From the NCBI GenBank assembly GCA_051362555.1, contig CM120648.1, forward strand, positions 6,940,587-7,004,586: a DNA stretch of 64,000 nt, in the 5' to 3' direction. Positions 63,814-64,000 of this stretch are shown here, in pieces (position 1 is the stretch's first letter; every line of letters starts with the position of its first letter). Source of the DNA: Lingula anatina. Lineage: Eukaryota > Animalia > Brachiopoda. The position numbers were made by a program, and so were the translations under genes. The notes beneath the pieces are model-generated. The model did no database searches, was not told the DNA's origin, and saw nothing but the letters and a program-made list of their open reading frames with translations.

Positions 63814-64000
63814 CTAAATGGAGGTATTATTATAATTGTTAATTATGGTTAATTCTGCAGACACTAAAGTAAAACTTTTTTTCTTTTTGGGCAACTTTTA
63901 ACACAAATGTCACTTTTAAGTAGTGGTACATGTATACATATGTTAACAGAAGCTGTTAAGCAGATTTTTTTCATCACTGAAGTGTTAAAGATTTAGTGGT

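Overview
AT-rich, intron-containing animal DNA, most like an invertebrate or lophotrochozoan; the organism cannot be identified from sequence alone. Left: the 3' part of a + strand multi-exon cbEGF/Sushi/HYR extracellular protein gene (1447-8865), preceded by a Penelope-like retroelement fragment that carries a minimal hammerhead ribozyme. Centre and right: a minus-strand tandem cluster of five paralogous C-type lectin (CTL)-Thr-rich mucin stalk-membrane anchor genes, labelled A-E here. They share an exon plan but differ greatly in stalk length and chemistry, sugar-site motif and cytoplasmic tail (NPxY-rich, lost, or frameshifted). Two intact galactose-3-O-sulfotransferase-family ORFs and two 5' stubs lie inside the cluster, in a block built by repeated tandem duplication and littered with Tc1, RTE, MITE and hammerhead-bearing remnants. 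Right end: the last three exons of a LEKR1-like coiled-coil gene. A roughly 8-9 kb segmental duplication copied its last two exons together with lectin gene D, leaving them directly downstream of, and in splice phase with, the TM exon of gene E. All exon coordinates were derived by eye from GT/AG sites and frame continuity; no transcript evidence was available.
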